This document shows, one piece after another, positions 27,965 to 37,601 of a stretch of 64,000 bases of DNA; position 1 is the first letter of the stretch; each line of letters begins with the position of its first letter. The notes beneath the pieces were generated by a model. The model made no database searches. It saw only the letters and a program-made list of their open reading frames with translations, and was not told where the DNA came from. Made by a program: the position numbers and the translations under genes. Source of the DNA: an uncultured Gammaproteobacteria bacterium (GTDB lineage Bacteria; Patescibacteriota; Microgenomatia; Daviesbacterales; UBA10151); contig CAYMRP010000004.1 of the NCBI GenBank assembly GCA_964392925.1, forward strand, positions 7,184 through 71,183, given 5' to 3'.

Positions 27965-29592
27965 TGTTACCCAAAAATTCTAAAATCCACATAGTTGGAG
28001 GAACTGGTGCAATGGGCACCTGGCTAAAAACTTTTCTCGAATCTTTAAATTATTCAATCACAGTTAGTGATGAGAAAAGTAAATCTTCCCCGGCAATTTC
28101 TGAAGCAGAAATTATCTTTATCTCAGTGCCTATTAGTATAGCTCCAAAAATAATCGCTGAAACAGCCAAAAGTTCCTTAAAAGATGCTTTAATTATCGAT
28201 CTCTCATCTATCAAAAGTGAAACCAAAAAATCTTTACAAGATTGTGATCGACAATCCCTCTCGCTCCATTTCCTCTTCGGCCCCACAGTTCATTCAATCG
28301 AGAATCAAAAGATTATTTTCGAAAAGTTTGGTGACTCCTCAAAAATAACTGATGTTTTAGGGTTGTTTAAAACTCAGGGTGCCCAGTTAATTAATCTGGA
28401 AAGCAGCAATCACGATTTTCTGATGGCTCATATCCAATCATTAACACATTTTATCAACCTCTCTCTTGCTGAAATACTTATAAAAAATAAAGTTGGTATA
28501 TCCGGGCAGGTATCAACCCCGGTATTTCTTTCTCAGATTTCCTCCACCTTAAGAGTCCTCTCCCAAAATCCAAAGCTTTTAACTGAAATTCAAACATTAA
28601 ATCCTGAATTCATAAATGTTGTTGAGGAATTTATAAAAATCCAAAAAGAGTTAATACAAAAAATAAAAACGAGTAACTTTTCAGAGATCGAAAAACAATT
28701 TATTCGTCTAAGAAAAAATTTAGAATCCGTCACTGGAGAAACAAGCCCTAAGTCAGAGTCGTCTGTTAATAATTTGAACAACTTTAGCGATTTAAAAATT
28801 GGCTACTTAGGACCTGAAGGGACTTTTTCTCACCAGGCAGTTCTCTCATCTTTCAATGAATCTATAAATTCGCTAATTCCTTCAAAAAGTATTTATGATT
28901 TATTTCAAATTCTTCAAAGAGGTGATGTAGATTTAATTATTGCACCAAGTGAAAACACTATCGAGGGAACAGTCAGGGAAACGTTAGACTTACTATTTGA
29001 TCACGAATTTAAAGTTATTGGAAAAATTGATTTACCGGTCACTCAATGTTTGCTCTCCAAAGAATCAAACATTAATTCAATCAAAAAAATTATCTCCCAC
29101 CCTCAAGCAATAAATCAGTCTCATAAGTTTATTGAGTTAAATCTCCCCGAAGCAATAATTAAAACAAGCCCTTCAACAATAGCCTCGGTCGAAGAGTTAA
29201 ACAACAAAGGTGTTGCGGTGATTGGATCTGAGTTAGCAGCGAAAATCTATAAATTAAATATTTTGGAAAAGAACATTCAAAACTACAAAAACAACACTAC
29301 TCGTTTCAATATAATTGCCAAAAGCGATATTCTTAAATTGTCAGGCCGCACTAAAACCTTGCTTTTTCTTTCTGTATTCAATCGAGTCGGAGTTCTTCGC
29401 GACATATTATCCGTCTTTGCTGACTTGTCGATTAATCTTAATAAAATTGAGTCACGCCCTTCAGGAGAAAAACAGTGGGATTACTTTTTTTATATCGAAG
29501 TGGAAATAACCGATGAGGATCCAAAATTACAACAGGCTCTAAATATCTTAAAGCAGTATTGCCCAAACATAATAGTATTGGGTAAGCTCTAA
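27964..29592 (+). CDS. tyrA-pheA: Bifunctional prephenate dehydrogenase (N) / prephenate dehydratase + ACT (C) fusion
   Basis: N-terminus: NAD-binding GGTGAMG and a TyrA-like HFLFGP motif. C-terminus: LGPEGTFSHQA PDT domain and an ACT domain with ESRPS. 4-nt overlap with the DAHPS stop. Confidence 0.8.
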   Translation: MLPKNSKIHIVGGTGAMGTWLKTFLESLNYSITVSDEKSKSSPAISEAEIIFISVPISIAPKIIAETAKSSLKDALIIDLSSIKSETKKSLQDCDRQSLSLHFLFGPTVHSIENQKIIFEKFGDSSKITDVLGLFKTQGAQLINLESSNHDFLMAHIQSLTHFINLSLAEILIKNKVGISGQVSTPVFLSQISSTLRVLSQNPKLLTEIQTLNPEFINVVEEFIKIQKELIQKIKTSNFSEIEKQFIRLRKNLESVTGETSPKSESSVNNLNNFSDLKIGYLGPEGTFSHQAVLSSFNESINSLIPSKSIYDLFQILQRGDVDLIIAPSENTIEGTVRETLDLLFDHEFKVIGKIDLPVTQCLLSKESNINSIKKIISHPQAINQSHKFIELNLPEAIIKTSPSTIASVEELNNKGVAVIGSELAAKIYKLNILEKNIQNYKNNTTRFNIIAKSDILKLSGRTKTLLFLSVFNRVGVLRDILSVFADLSINLNKIESRPSGEKQWDYFFYIEVEITDEDPKLQQALNILKQYCPNIIVLGKL

Positions 29593-29594
29593 TA

Positions 29595-29873
29595 ATGAAC
29601 AGAATTAACAATCTAAGAAGTATAATAGACATAATCGACGACCAAATATTTGAGCTAATTAAAAAACGCTTAGATGTAGTGAAAGAGATTGGCGAAATCA
29701 AAAGACAGGAAGCGATCGAAGTACAGGATACAAAAAGAGAACAAATAATCTATGATCGGCTAGTAGAAAAAGCAATCGAGAAAAATATTGATCCGGCTGC
29801 TGTAAAAAATATCTGGAAGGCTTTAATCAAAGCAGCCTATGATGTCGAAGGAGTAAAAAATGGAAATCGTTAA
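29595..29873 (+). CDS. aroQ: Chorismate mutase (AroQ class)
   Basis: 92 aa. LRSIIDIIDDQIFELIKKRLDVVKEIGEIK matches the AroQ helical signature. Confidence 0.8.
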   Translation: MNRINNLRSIIDIIDDQIFELIKKRLDVVKEIGEIKRQEAIEVQDTKREQIIYDRLVEKAIEKNIDPAAVKNIWKALIKAAYDVEGVKNGNR

Positions 29874-30900
29874 TATTCTTAATAAATATCAAGTCTACAT
29901 TGGATCAAAAATAATTGCTGACTTAAGTAATTTTCTCAGCCTGGATTCATATAGCAAAATCATCGTCATCGCTGATGAAAAAGTTCCGGACACTTTTCTT
30001 AAGCCCTATCCTAAAATTCTTATCAGTTCAGGAGAAATAAATAAAAACATCGATACAGTCCAAATCATTTGGCAGAGACTTTTAGATCTTGGAGCTGATA
30101 GAAAAACACTGGTGATAAATCTTGGAGGGGGAGTCATTGGTGATATGGGTGGCTTTGCAGCTAGCACCTATATGAGGGGTATCGAATTCCTACAAATTCC
30201 AACCACTCTTCTATCAGCTGTCGATGCCAGTGTTGGGGGAAAAGTTGGAATTGATTTTCAGGGAGTTAAGAATTTAATTGGCTCATTCAATCAACCTATT
30301 GGCGTAGTTATTGATGTTGAGACTTTTCAATCTTTGCCAGAAAGAGAATTCATCTCCGGTTTTGGTGAAATTATTAAACACGGCATAATTGCCGAGGAGC
30401 CTTATTTTAAATTGGTCACTTCAAAAAAACCCCAAGATTTCTCAAACTTGGAACTCATTGAAATTATTAAAAGGTCATGTCAAATAAAAGCACAAATAAT
30501 TTCATCTGATGAAAAAGAATTAGGTAGTAGGAAACTTCTAAATTTTGCTCACACAATTGGTCATGCATTAGAGAGCGCTTCATTAACAACCGGCAGTCCT
30601 CTGCTTCACGGAGAAGCGGTTAGTATTGGAATGATTGCCGAAGCAAAACTATCACAAGAATTAGGATTGATAAATGAGAATGTTCTTGAGGAAATCAAAG
30701 AATCCCTAGTCAACGCGGGATTACCGGTTAAAACATCGTTGAAAGATATAGATCTATTAATAAGTCTCATATCAAAAGACAAAAAAAGTGACGGTGGAAA
30801 AATAAATTGGACACTTATTAAAGGAATAGGCGAGGCAGTCATAAATCAAACAGTTGATGAACAAAAAGTCAGAACTGCCCTCGCATTCATCCAAGACTAA
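29860..30900 (+). CDS. aroB: 3-dehydroquinate synthase
   Basis: GGGVIGDMGGFAASTYMRGIEFLQIPTTLLS is the AroB glycine-rich NAD motif. Confidence 0.9.
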   Translation: MEIVNILNKYQVYIGSKIIADLSNFLSLDSYSKIIVIADEKVPDTFLKPYPKILISSGEINKNIDTVQIIWQRLLDLGADRKTLVINLGGGVIGDMGGFAASTYMRGIEFLQIPTTLLSAVDASVGGKVGIDFQGVKNLIGSFNQPIGVVIDVETFQSLPEREFISGFGEIIKHGIIAEEPYFKLVTSKKPQDFSNLELIEIIKRSCQIKAQIISSDEKELGSRKLLNFAHTIGHALESASLTTGSPLLHGEAVSIGMIAEAKLSQELGLINENVLEEIKESLVNAGLPVKTSLKDIDLLISLISKDKKSDGGKINWTLIKGIGEAVINQTVDEQKVRTALAFIQD

Positions 30901-30905
30901 AAGCT

Positions 30906-32183
30906 ATGTCAAACTACAAAATAATTCCATCATCAAATATCTCCGGAGAAGTATATATTCCCGGTTCAAAAAGTTACACCAATCGCGCTTTGATAATGGG
31001 CTCAATTATCAAAGGTGAAGTTTCTATTAAAAATCCATTATTCTCTGATGACACCAAAGTGATGATCAACTGCCTAAAAGATCTGGGTATAAAAATAACT
31101 CAAGATCCCAAGGAAATTAAACTCCTCGGCAGTATTCTTGATATCGAAGACAAAGAATACAAGCTTAATGCCGGCTTGTCAGGAACATCAATCAGATTTC
31201 TCCTAGCATTATCTTGTATTGTTCCCGGTATAAAAACCATCTCTGGTGATGATTCTTTAAACAGCCGTCCGATTGGCGAACTTGCAGGTGCACTGAAAGA
31301 TCTAGGTGCGGTTATAGAATACACTAAGCAATCGGGCTACCCTCCACTAGTTGTTAAATCTTCAACATTAACGAAAAATGAAACTATTCTTCATGGCGAC
31401 ATCTCCAGTCAATTTTTTTCAGCACTTCTTATGATTGCTCCAGCTATTAATGGGATAGATATTGAAGTCATGGGAAATCAAATCTCAAAGCCATATATTA
31501 ATATGACAATTGATTTAATGAAATACTTTGGAGTCACGGTTAATAATCAAAACTTTAAGAACTATATAGTTGAAGGTGATCAGAAATATGAAAAAAAGGA
31601 CTATACAGTTGAGGGGGACTATTCATCAGCCGGATACTTCCTAGCTATTGCTGCATTAACCAAATCAAAATTAGTGCTTAAAAATCTAAAAGAAGGTTCA
31701 ATTCAGGCCGACAAAAATTTTGTCGAAATAATTAAAAACATGGGGTCAGAAATCAAATATAGCGAACAAGGACTGACCATTAAAGGTTCAGGTGTAAAAC
31801 CTTTAAATGTAGATATGGAAAATTGTCCTGATCAAGTCCAAACTCTAGTAGTTATGTTAGCTTTTGCCAAAGGTAAGTCCACAATAACCGGAGTTAGATC
31901 TTTAAGAATTAAAGAAACTGAAAGAGTTCTCGCTCTTCAGAACGAGTTATCAAAAATGGGTATCAAAACCGAATCCACATTTGATTCACTCACTATCTTC
32001 GGGGGTAATCCAAAACCCTCCCAAATAAATACTTACAATGATCATCGCATGGCAATGTCATTTGCAGTCGCCGGAACATTGCTTGATGGCATGATAATCG
32101 AAAACCCCAAAGTCGTTGATAAAACGTTTCCTGATTTCTGGGATAAACTAAAAGAGATAGGAGTAAATACTAATGCCGTCTGA
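30906..32183 (+). CDS. aroA: 3-phosphoshikimate 1-carboxyvinyltransferase (EPSP synthase)
   Basis: LPGSKSYTNRAL, GLSGTSIRFL and RMAMSFAVAG are EPSPS signatures. Confidence 0.9.
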   Translation: MSNYKIIPSSNISGEVYIPGSKSYTNRALIMGSIIKGEVSIKNPLFSDDTKVMINCLKDLGIKITQDPKEIKLLGSILDIEDKEYKLNAGLSGTSIRFLLALSCIVPGIKTISGDDSLNSRPIGELAGALKDLGAVIEYTKQSGYPPLVVKSSTLTKNETILHGDISSQFFSALLMIAPAINGIDIEVMGNQISKPYINMTIDLMKYFGVTVNNQNFKNYIVEGDQKYEKKDYTVEGDYSSAGYFLAIAALTKSKLVLKNLKEGSIQADKNFVEIIKNMGSEIKYSEQGLTIKGSGVKPLNVDMENCPDQVQTLVVMLAFAKGKSTITGVRSLRIKETERVLALQNELSKMGIKTESTFDSLTIFGGNPKPSQINTYNDHRMAMSFAVAGTLLDGMIIENPKVVDKTFPDFWDKLKEIGVNTNAV

Positions 32184-32799
32184 AACAAAAGTAAAAAGAA
32201 TATTTTTAGTCGGATTTAGAACCACTGGAAAAACCACAATTGGCAAATTATTAGCCCAAAAATTAAACTGGTCATTCTGGGATTGTGATTTTCTAATCAC
32301 TCAGGAATCAGGTCAAAATATTGAGTCACTTACAAAAAAAGGCACTGACTGGACTGTTTTTAGAAAATTAGAAAACGAAACTCTAGAAGAAGTCTCAAAA
32401 CTAGATAATGCTGTAATTAGTTGTGGTGGGGGAGTCGGGGTGAATGATGTTTTAAGTCAAGATTCTAAAACTACCTTTGGCGAGCTAAACAGAAATATCT
32501 TAAGTAGTGCAACTGATAGCCTGATAATTCTCTTAACATCAGATACCAGTAAAATCCGTCAGCGCCTAAAAAGACAATACAAAAATAATAAACTTATGCC
32601 TTTTCTAATTACTGAAAATGCAAAGAAAATGGAGACTGAAAAAGACAAAAATATTCTAATAGAAAAATTGATTGATGATTCAATCGCCACATATGAAAAA
32701 AGAAAAGATTTGTATGACTTGCTAACAAAGGTTAAAATTAATACCGACTCGCAATCATTAGAAAAAACATCGGAGGAGATTTTAAAATATGTTAGATGA
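32173..32799 (+). CDS. aroK: Shikimate kinase
   Basis: P-loop GFRTTGKTTIGKLLA; size and operon context. Confidence 0.75.
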   Translation: MPSETKVKRIFLVGFRTTGKTTIGKLLAQKLNWSFWDCDFLITQESGQNIESLTKKGTDWTVFRKLENETLEEVSKLDNAVISCGGGVGVNDVLSQDSKTTFGELNRNILSSATDSLIILLTSDTSKIRQRLKRQYKNNKLMPFLITENAKKMETEKDKNILIEKLIDDSIATYEKRKDLYDLLTKVKINTDSQSLEKTSEEILKYVR

Positions 32800-33613
32800 C
32801 AAATCCAAAATAAAGGTCTGTTTAATAATGGGCTACCCGGTGAAAAATTCAAAATCTCCTGCTATGCATAGTGCCGCATATAAATCTTTAGGAATTGAGG
32901 ATCAGTTTATTTTCCTGCCTTCTGAGGTTAAGCCAGAGAAGTTAGAAGAAGCAGTTAACTCAGCTAGAAAATTAAAAATTCGCGGCTTTAGCGTCACAAT
33001 GCCTCATAAAGAAACCATTATAAAATATATAGACACCCTTGATGATGCAGCCGAAGAGATAGGTGCAGTAAATACTGTTCTAAACGATGAAGATGAATTA
33101 ATAGGATTCAATACCGATTGGTTAGGATTTTTACAAGCTATTAAGAAAAAAACGGAACTTACAGGCAAAAAGACTGCAGTTATTGGAGCCGGTGGTGCTG
33201 CCAGGGCTATTGTTTATGCTCTGGTTAATAATGGCGCAGATGTTAAAATTTTCAATCGCTCTATCAATAAGGCAGAAGATTTAGCCAAGGAATTTGGTAC
33301 CAAATTTGGCGGACTGGAAGATCTCTCTGAGGTCGAAAATTACGACATAATCGTTAACGCCTCCTCAATTGGTATGAATGAAGAAATCAGTCCCGTCAAT
33401 AAAAATCTCTTGAACAAAAATCAAATTGTTTTCGATATTGTCTATACGCCAAAAGAAACCCAGCTACTAAAGGACGCTAGGGATCAAGGTGCAGAAATAA
33501 TATACGGATATGAGATGCTTTTATACCAGGGTGCTGAACAATTCAAAATGTTCACCGGATTTGAAGCCCCACTCAAGGATATGGAGCAGGCACTTCTTAA
33601 GGACTCAGTATGA
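32789..33613 (+). CDS. aroE: Shikimate 5-dehydrogenase
   Basis: N-terminal GYPVKNSKSP..H and NADP-binding GAGGAARA motifs. Confidence 0.9.
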   Translation: MLDDKSKIKVCLIMGYPVKNSKSPAMHSAAYKSLGIEDQFIFLPSEVKPEKLEEAVNSARKLKIRGFSVTMPHKETIIKYIDTLDDAAEEIGAVNTVLNDEDELIGFNTDWLGFLQAIKKKTELTGKKTAVIGAGGAARAIVYALVNNGADVKIFNRSINKAEDLAKEFGTKFGGLEDLSEVENYDIIVNASSIGMNEEISPVNKNLLNKNQIVFDIVYTPKETQLLKDARDQGAEIIYGYEMLLYQGAEQFKMFTGFEAPLKDMEQALLKDSV

Positions 33614-34284
33614 TTAAATATTGTCTACCGATAATTAAAGAATCAAAAGAAGAAGTTTTAAATTATATTTTAGAAAATCCTGATTACAGTTTTTATGAAA
33701 TTTGGCTATCTCATATTAAAGATCTTGATACTGATTATATTTGGAAGATTTCCGACCTTCATAACGGAAAATTAATCTTTCTATTTCGAAAACAGAACTT
33801 AGAAAAATCAAACTTTGATCAAGAGTTTAAAGAAAAGATAATAAAACTTCTTGAAAACTCAGATAACCTTTTAGATTTCGACGTTCAGGAAAGCTCCTGG
33901 GGTTTAGAATATATTAAAGAGAATAAACTTCAAAATAAAACCATCGCCTCATTCCATAATTACAAAAGTACTCCGGACTCAGCAGACTTATACAAAAAAA
34001 TAACCCTCATGGAATCCTACAGTCCGGATATCTTCAAAGTTTCCACTTTTTGTAAAAATCCTGAAGATGGTTTAAACTTACTAACCCTGCTTCTTAGATT
34101 AAAGAAAGAACACAAGAAATTTATCGTTTTGGGAATGGGGGATGAGGGTGTGATGGTCAGAATATACGGAGCTTTATGGGGAAATGAATTCAATTTTGCG
34201 CCAGTGTCTGAAAATGAAAAATCAGCCCCAGGGCAATTAACAAAACAAAAACTAGAAAGAATATTAGAAGTCATGACACAATAA
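33610..34284 (+). CDS. aroD: 3-dehydroquinate dehydratase, type I
   Basis: 224 aa TIM-barrel-sized protein with SFHNYKSTP segment. Sits between aroE and aroC. Confidence 0.7.
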   Translation: MIKYCLPIIKESKEEVLNYILENPDYSFYEIWLSHIKDLDTDYIWKISDLHNGKLIFLFRKQNLEKSNFDQEFKEKIIKLLENSDNLLDFDVQESSWGLEYIKENKLQNKTIASFHNYKSTPDSADLYKKITLMESYSPDIFKVSTFCKNPEDGLNLLTLLLRLKKEHKKFIVLGMGDEGVMVRIYGALWGNEFNFAPVSENEKSAPGQLTKQKLERILEVMTQ

Positions 34285-34287
34285 ACT

Positions 34288-35370
34288 ATGCCTGGAAATA
34301 CATTTGGACAATTATTTAAAGTAACTACTTTCGGAGAGTCACATGGTGGCTGTGTTGGTTGTGTGATTGATGGCTGTCCTCCGGGGATAGAAATTTCAGA
34401 ATCTGAAATTCAAAAAGAACTAGATAAAAGAAAACCGGGTCAATCAGAGATAACTTCTCCTCGCAAAGAACAGGACGAAATAAAAATTCTATCTGGCTAT
34501 TTTGAAGGAAAAACTACCGGCACACCGATTCTAATGCTCGCCTACAATAAGGATATGCGCCCCGAAGACTACAATCATCTCAAGGATGTTTTTCGACCTT
34601 CCCATGCAGATTTCACTTACCAGCAAAAATACGGACTTCGGGATTTTAGAGGTTCAGGCCGGGCATCCGCCCGCGAAACTTTAGCCAGAGTTGCCGCTGG
34701 GGCAATTGCTAAAAAATATTTACAGGAAAAGCTAGGAATTAAAATCTTATCTTTTGTTACCCAAGTCGGTGATATAAAATCCAATATCGATATTAACTCC
34801 GTTACAGAAGACCAAATAGAATCAAATATTATTAGATGTCCAGATTCCAAAGCAGCCCTTAAAATGATTGACTTAGTAGAAAAGATGCGAGATTCAGGTG
34901 ATTCAATTGGCGGTGTTATCACCGGTGTTATTAAAAATGTTCCCGCAGGACTAGGGGAGCCGGTTTTTGATAAGTTAAGTGCCGAACTGGGAAAAGCTAT
35001 GCTGTCAATCAACGCCGTTAAGGGATTTGAAATTGGCTCAGGATTTGCAGGTGTTGAAAAACCCGGTAGTCAGCACAATGACGAGTTTATAATTTCGGAT
35101 GGCAAAGTAAAAACTAAAACAAACAATGCGGGTGGTGTATTAGGCGGCATCTCAACAGGTGACACAATTTATTTTAGAGTCGCTTTTAAAAGTGTTTCAA
35201 CTATCAGCAAAAAACAAAACACAGTCAATAAAAACCTGGAAGAGGTTGAACTGGAAGCTTCAGGCCGCCACGACCCATGTGTTCTCCCGCGAGCCGTCCC
35301 GATAGTTGATGCCATGTCAGCCCTAACAATAATGGATCACTACCTCCGCCACAAAGCCCAGAATTCTTGA
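34288..35370 (+). CDS. aroC: Chorismate synthase
   Basis: GESHGG..G.VIDG.P.G, RPSHAD and GRHDPCV signatures. Confidence 0.95.
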   Translation: MPGNTFGQLFKVTTFGESHGGCVGCVIDGCPPGIEISESEIQKELDKRKPGQSEITSPRKEQDEIKILSGYFEGKTTGTPILMLAYNKDMRPEDYNHLKDVFRPSHADFTYQQKYGLRDFRGSGRASARETLARVAAGAIAKKYLQEKLGIKILSFVTQVGDIKSNIDINSVTEDQIESNIIRCPDSKAALKMIDLVEKMRDSGDSIGGVITGVIKNVPAGLGEPVFDKLSAELGKAMLSINAVKGFEIGSGFAGVEKPGSQHNDEFIISDGKVKTKTNNAGGVLGGISTGDTIYFRVAFKSVSTISKKQNTVNKNLEEVELEASGRHDPCVLPRAVPIVDAMSALTIMDHYLRHKAQNS

Positions 35371-35410
35371 TCTATTTACGTAAAGCTAATAAATCAAATA
35401 AACTGATTAA

Positions 35411-36214
35411 ATGAACCAAAAAGGCTTCTCTGCTCTGATAGTCTTAATATCTGTCATGGTCCTTGTGGGTATTGCAGGGATTTCGTATTACATTGGAAGA
35501 TCTTCCTCGGGTAATACAAAGACTCCGGTTACCCCAAGTCCTGTAGCCTCTCAGCCCGAGGATAGTTTAATACCATCTCCGGCATCTTCTCCGTCAAACA
35601 TATCTTTGCTAGGCAACCCTATAAAGCGTCTCTATTTTCCTGGCGAAAAAATATTTACCAAAATGGATTATCCAATAGAAATGACAGGAATCAATGATGG
35701 GGATCTGCACAATCTTCAATGCAGTCCGGATTATTACAGAGATTACGAAAAACAGCACTATACTTATCAGGAAGATCCAAGAGTCGCAGCGGTGGAAATG
35801 AAAGATCAAAATCTCTATTTACTTGCTGAAAAAGCATTCGAAATAGATCTTGATGCAGATGTCTATCGAGCATGTAAGGTTGATGATGGCAGATATATTC
35901 TGGAGTACGAAAAACAAGGCGGTGGAGGGGGAAGTAATAATAAATCTATATTTGGAGTCTTGGGTACTGATAAGACTTTCCAAAAAATTACTGAAATTCC
36001 TACAGACGGCTCTCCTTATTTTGGTTGCTATAAAACTCTCCAGCTGACCAAATCCAATATACTTTGGTATCAGTGCGGTGGAGGGGATGGAGGGTATGGG
36101 TCGGTGTCTGTATATAAGATTGATCTGAGTAACAAAAATCACACCTTAGTAACTAAGTGCGAAGCAATCTCTGACCCTATGGATTTGGATAAAACAGATA
36201 TGAAGTGTCAGTAA
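35411..36214 (+). CDS. Secreted protein with pilin-like (class III signal-like) N-terminus, unknown function
   Basis: N-terminal MNQKGFSALIVLISVMVLVGIAG resembles a prepilin leader/methylation segment (the canonical Glu at +5 is absent). The mature part is Cys-containing and Gly-rich. Confidence 0.4.
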   Translation: MNQKGFSALIVLISVMVLVGIAGISYYIGRSSSGNTKTPVTPSPVASQPEDSLIPSPASSPSNISLLGNPIKRLYFPGEKIFTKMDYPIEMTGINDGDLHNLQCSPDYYRDYEKQHYTYQEDPRVAAVEMKDQNLYLLAEKAFEIDLDADVYRACKVDDGRYILEYEKQGGGGGSNNKSIFGVLGTDKTFQKITEIPTDGSPYFGCYKTLQLTKSNILWYQCGGGDGGYGSVSVYKIDLSNKNHTLVTKCEAISDPMDLDKTDMKCQ

Positions 36215-36254
36215 TCTTGTCTGCATTGTAAGCTAGCCTCCATTTTGATATCAT

Positions 36255-37583
36255 TTGCAGACTGTGACTCGAACTTTAATACTCGATTGTAATGACAAAA
36301 TAGGTGAAGAAGTGTCCATCTCCGGATGGGTTCAAGTCAGACGTGATCACGGCAAGATCGGTTTCCTCGATGTCTCCGATCGGACTGGCACTATTCAAGT
36401 TTTTTGTACAAAGGAAAATCTAGGAGAAATCAGACCTCAAGATGTGGTTCAGATAACAGGTAAAGTCGCCTCGCGTCCTGAAAAATTAATTAATGAACAT
36501 CTAGAAACCGGAAAAATCGAACTCCAATCCGAAATTGTTAAAGTTATAAGCAAAGCGGCTGAATTACCTTTTGATTTAGGAATGAAAGAGTTAGATCTTC
36601 AACTCCCAACTCTATTAGATTTCCGTTCTTTAACTCTTAGACATCCTCAGGTTAAAGCTATTTTTGAAATTCAGGCAGCCCTTCTTGAAGGTTTTAGAAA
36701 AGCCTGTATTGAGCTGGATTGCAAAGAAATAGTCGTTCCAGAAATTTCAGCCTCTTCAACAGAAGGCGGCGCTGAAGTTTTCAAAGTAGACTATTACGGT
36801 TTCCCGGCCTTTATGACTCAAAGCCCCCAACTCTACAAGCAAATGTTAGTTCCGGTTTTTGAAAGAGTTTTCACCATAGCTCACGCTTATAGAGCTGAGC
36901 CTTCTGTAACTACCAGACATCTTTCAGTCTCCACCCAAATGGATTTTGAAATAGGCTTTGCCAACTTTAAGGAACTGCTGGATTTTATTGAAGAAATTGC
37001 TTTTAAAATGTTCAAACATGCCGAGGATAAATCGGCTAAATATCTAGAATTATTCAATGTCGAAAAAATTGCTTTTAATAAAGCCGTCCGCTTAACTTTA
37101 AGAGAAGCCCAAGAAATTATATTTAAAGAGTTCGGCCGGGATTCTCGGACCGAAAAGGATTTAGCACCTCAAGACGAAATTGATATTTGCAAATGGGCTC
37201 TAGAGAATCATAAAACTGATTTTGTAATTATTACTCATTTCCCAACAGCCAAACGGGCTTTTTATACAAAGCCAGATCCTGAGAATCCTGAGTACAGTTT
37301 GAGTTACGACATTTTATTTAGAGGACTGGAAATTTTATCAGGTTCTCAAAGAATTAATGACTACGATGAATTAGTCAGCGTTATAAAAGAGCGTAAAATG
37401 GACCCTAAAGATTTTGAAATGTATCTTCAAGCTTTTAAATATGGAATGCCCGAAGAAGGCGGAGGTTCATTTGGTCTCGAAAGACTAACAATGTTGCTTT
37501 TGAAATTAGGAAATGTCCGCGAAGCTTCACTTTTCCCTCGCGATATGGAGCGCGTTGATGTCAGGCTCTCAACTCTAAGATAG
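36255..37583 (+). CDS. aspS: Aspartate--tRNA ligase, archaeal/eukaryal type (short form, likely non-discriminating)
   Basis: 442 aa. TQSPQLYKQ, YRAEPSVTTRHL, ILSGSQR, LQAFKYGMPEEGGGSFGLERL and FPRD align closely with Pyrococcus-type AspRS. Confidence 0.85.
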   Translation: MQTVTRTLILDCNDKIGEEVSISGWVQVRRDHGKIGFLDVSDRTGTIQVFCTKENLGEIRPQDVVQITGKVASRPEKLINEHLETGKIELQSEIVKVISKAAELPFDLGMKELDLQLPTLLDFRSLTLRHPQVKAIFEIQAALLEGFRKACIELDCKEIVVPEISASSTEGGAEVFKVDYYGFPAFMTQSPQLYKQMLVPVFERVFTIAHAYRAEPSVTTRHLSVSTQMDFEIGFANFKELLDFIEEIAFKMFKHAEDKSAKYLELFNVEKIAFNKAVRLTLREAQEIIFKEFGRDSRTEKDLAPQDEIDICKWALENHKTDFVIITHFPTAKRAFYTKPDPENPEYSLSYDILFRGLEILSGSQRINDYDELVSVIKERKMDPKDFEMYLQAFKYGMPEEGGGSFGLERLTMLLLKLGNVREASLFPRDMERVDVRLSTLR

Positions 37584-37601
37584 CAATTTAAAAATTCTAC
37601 T

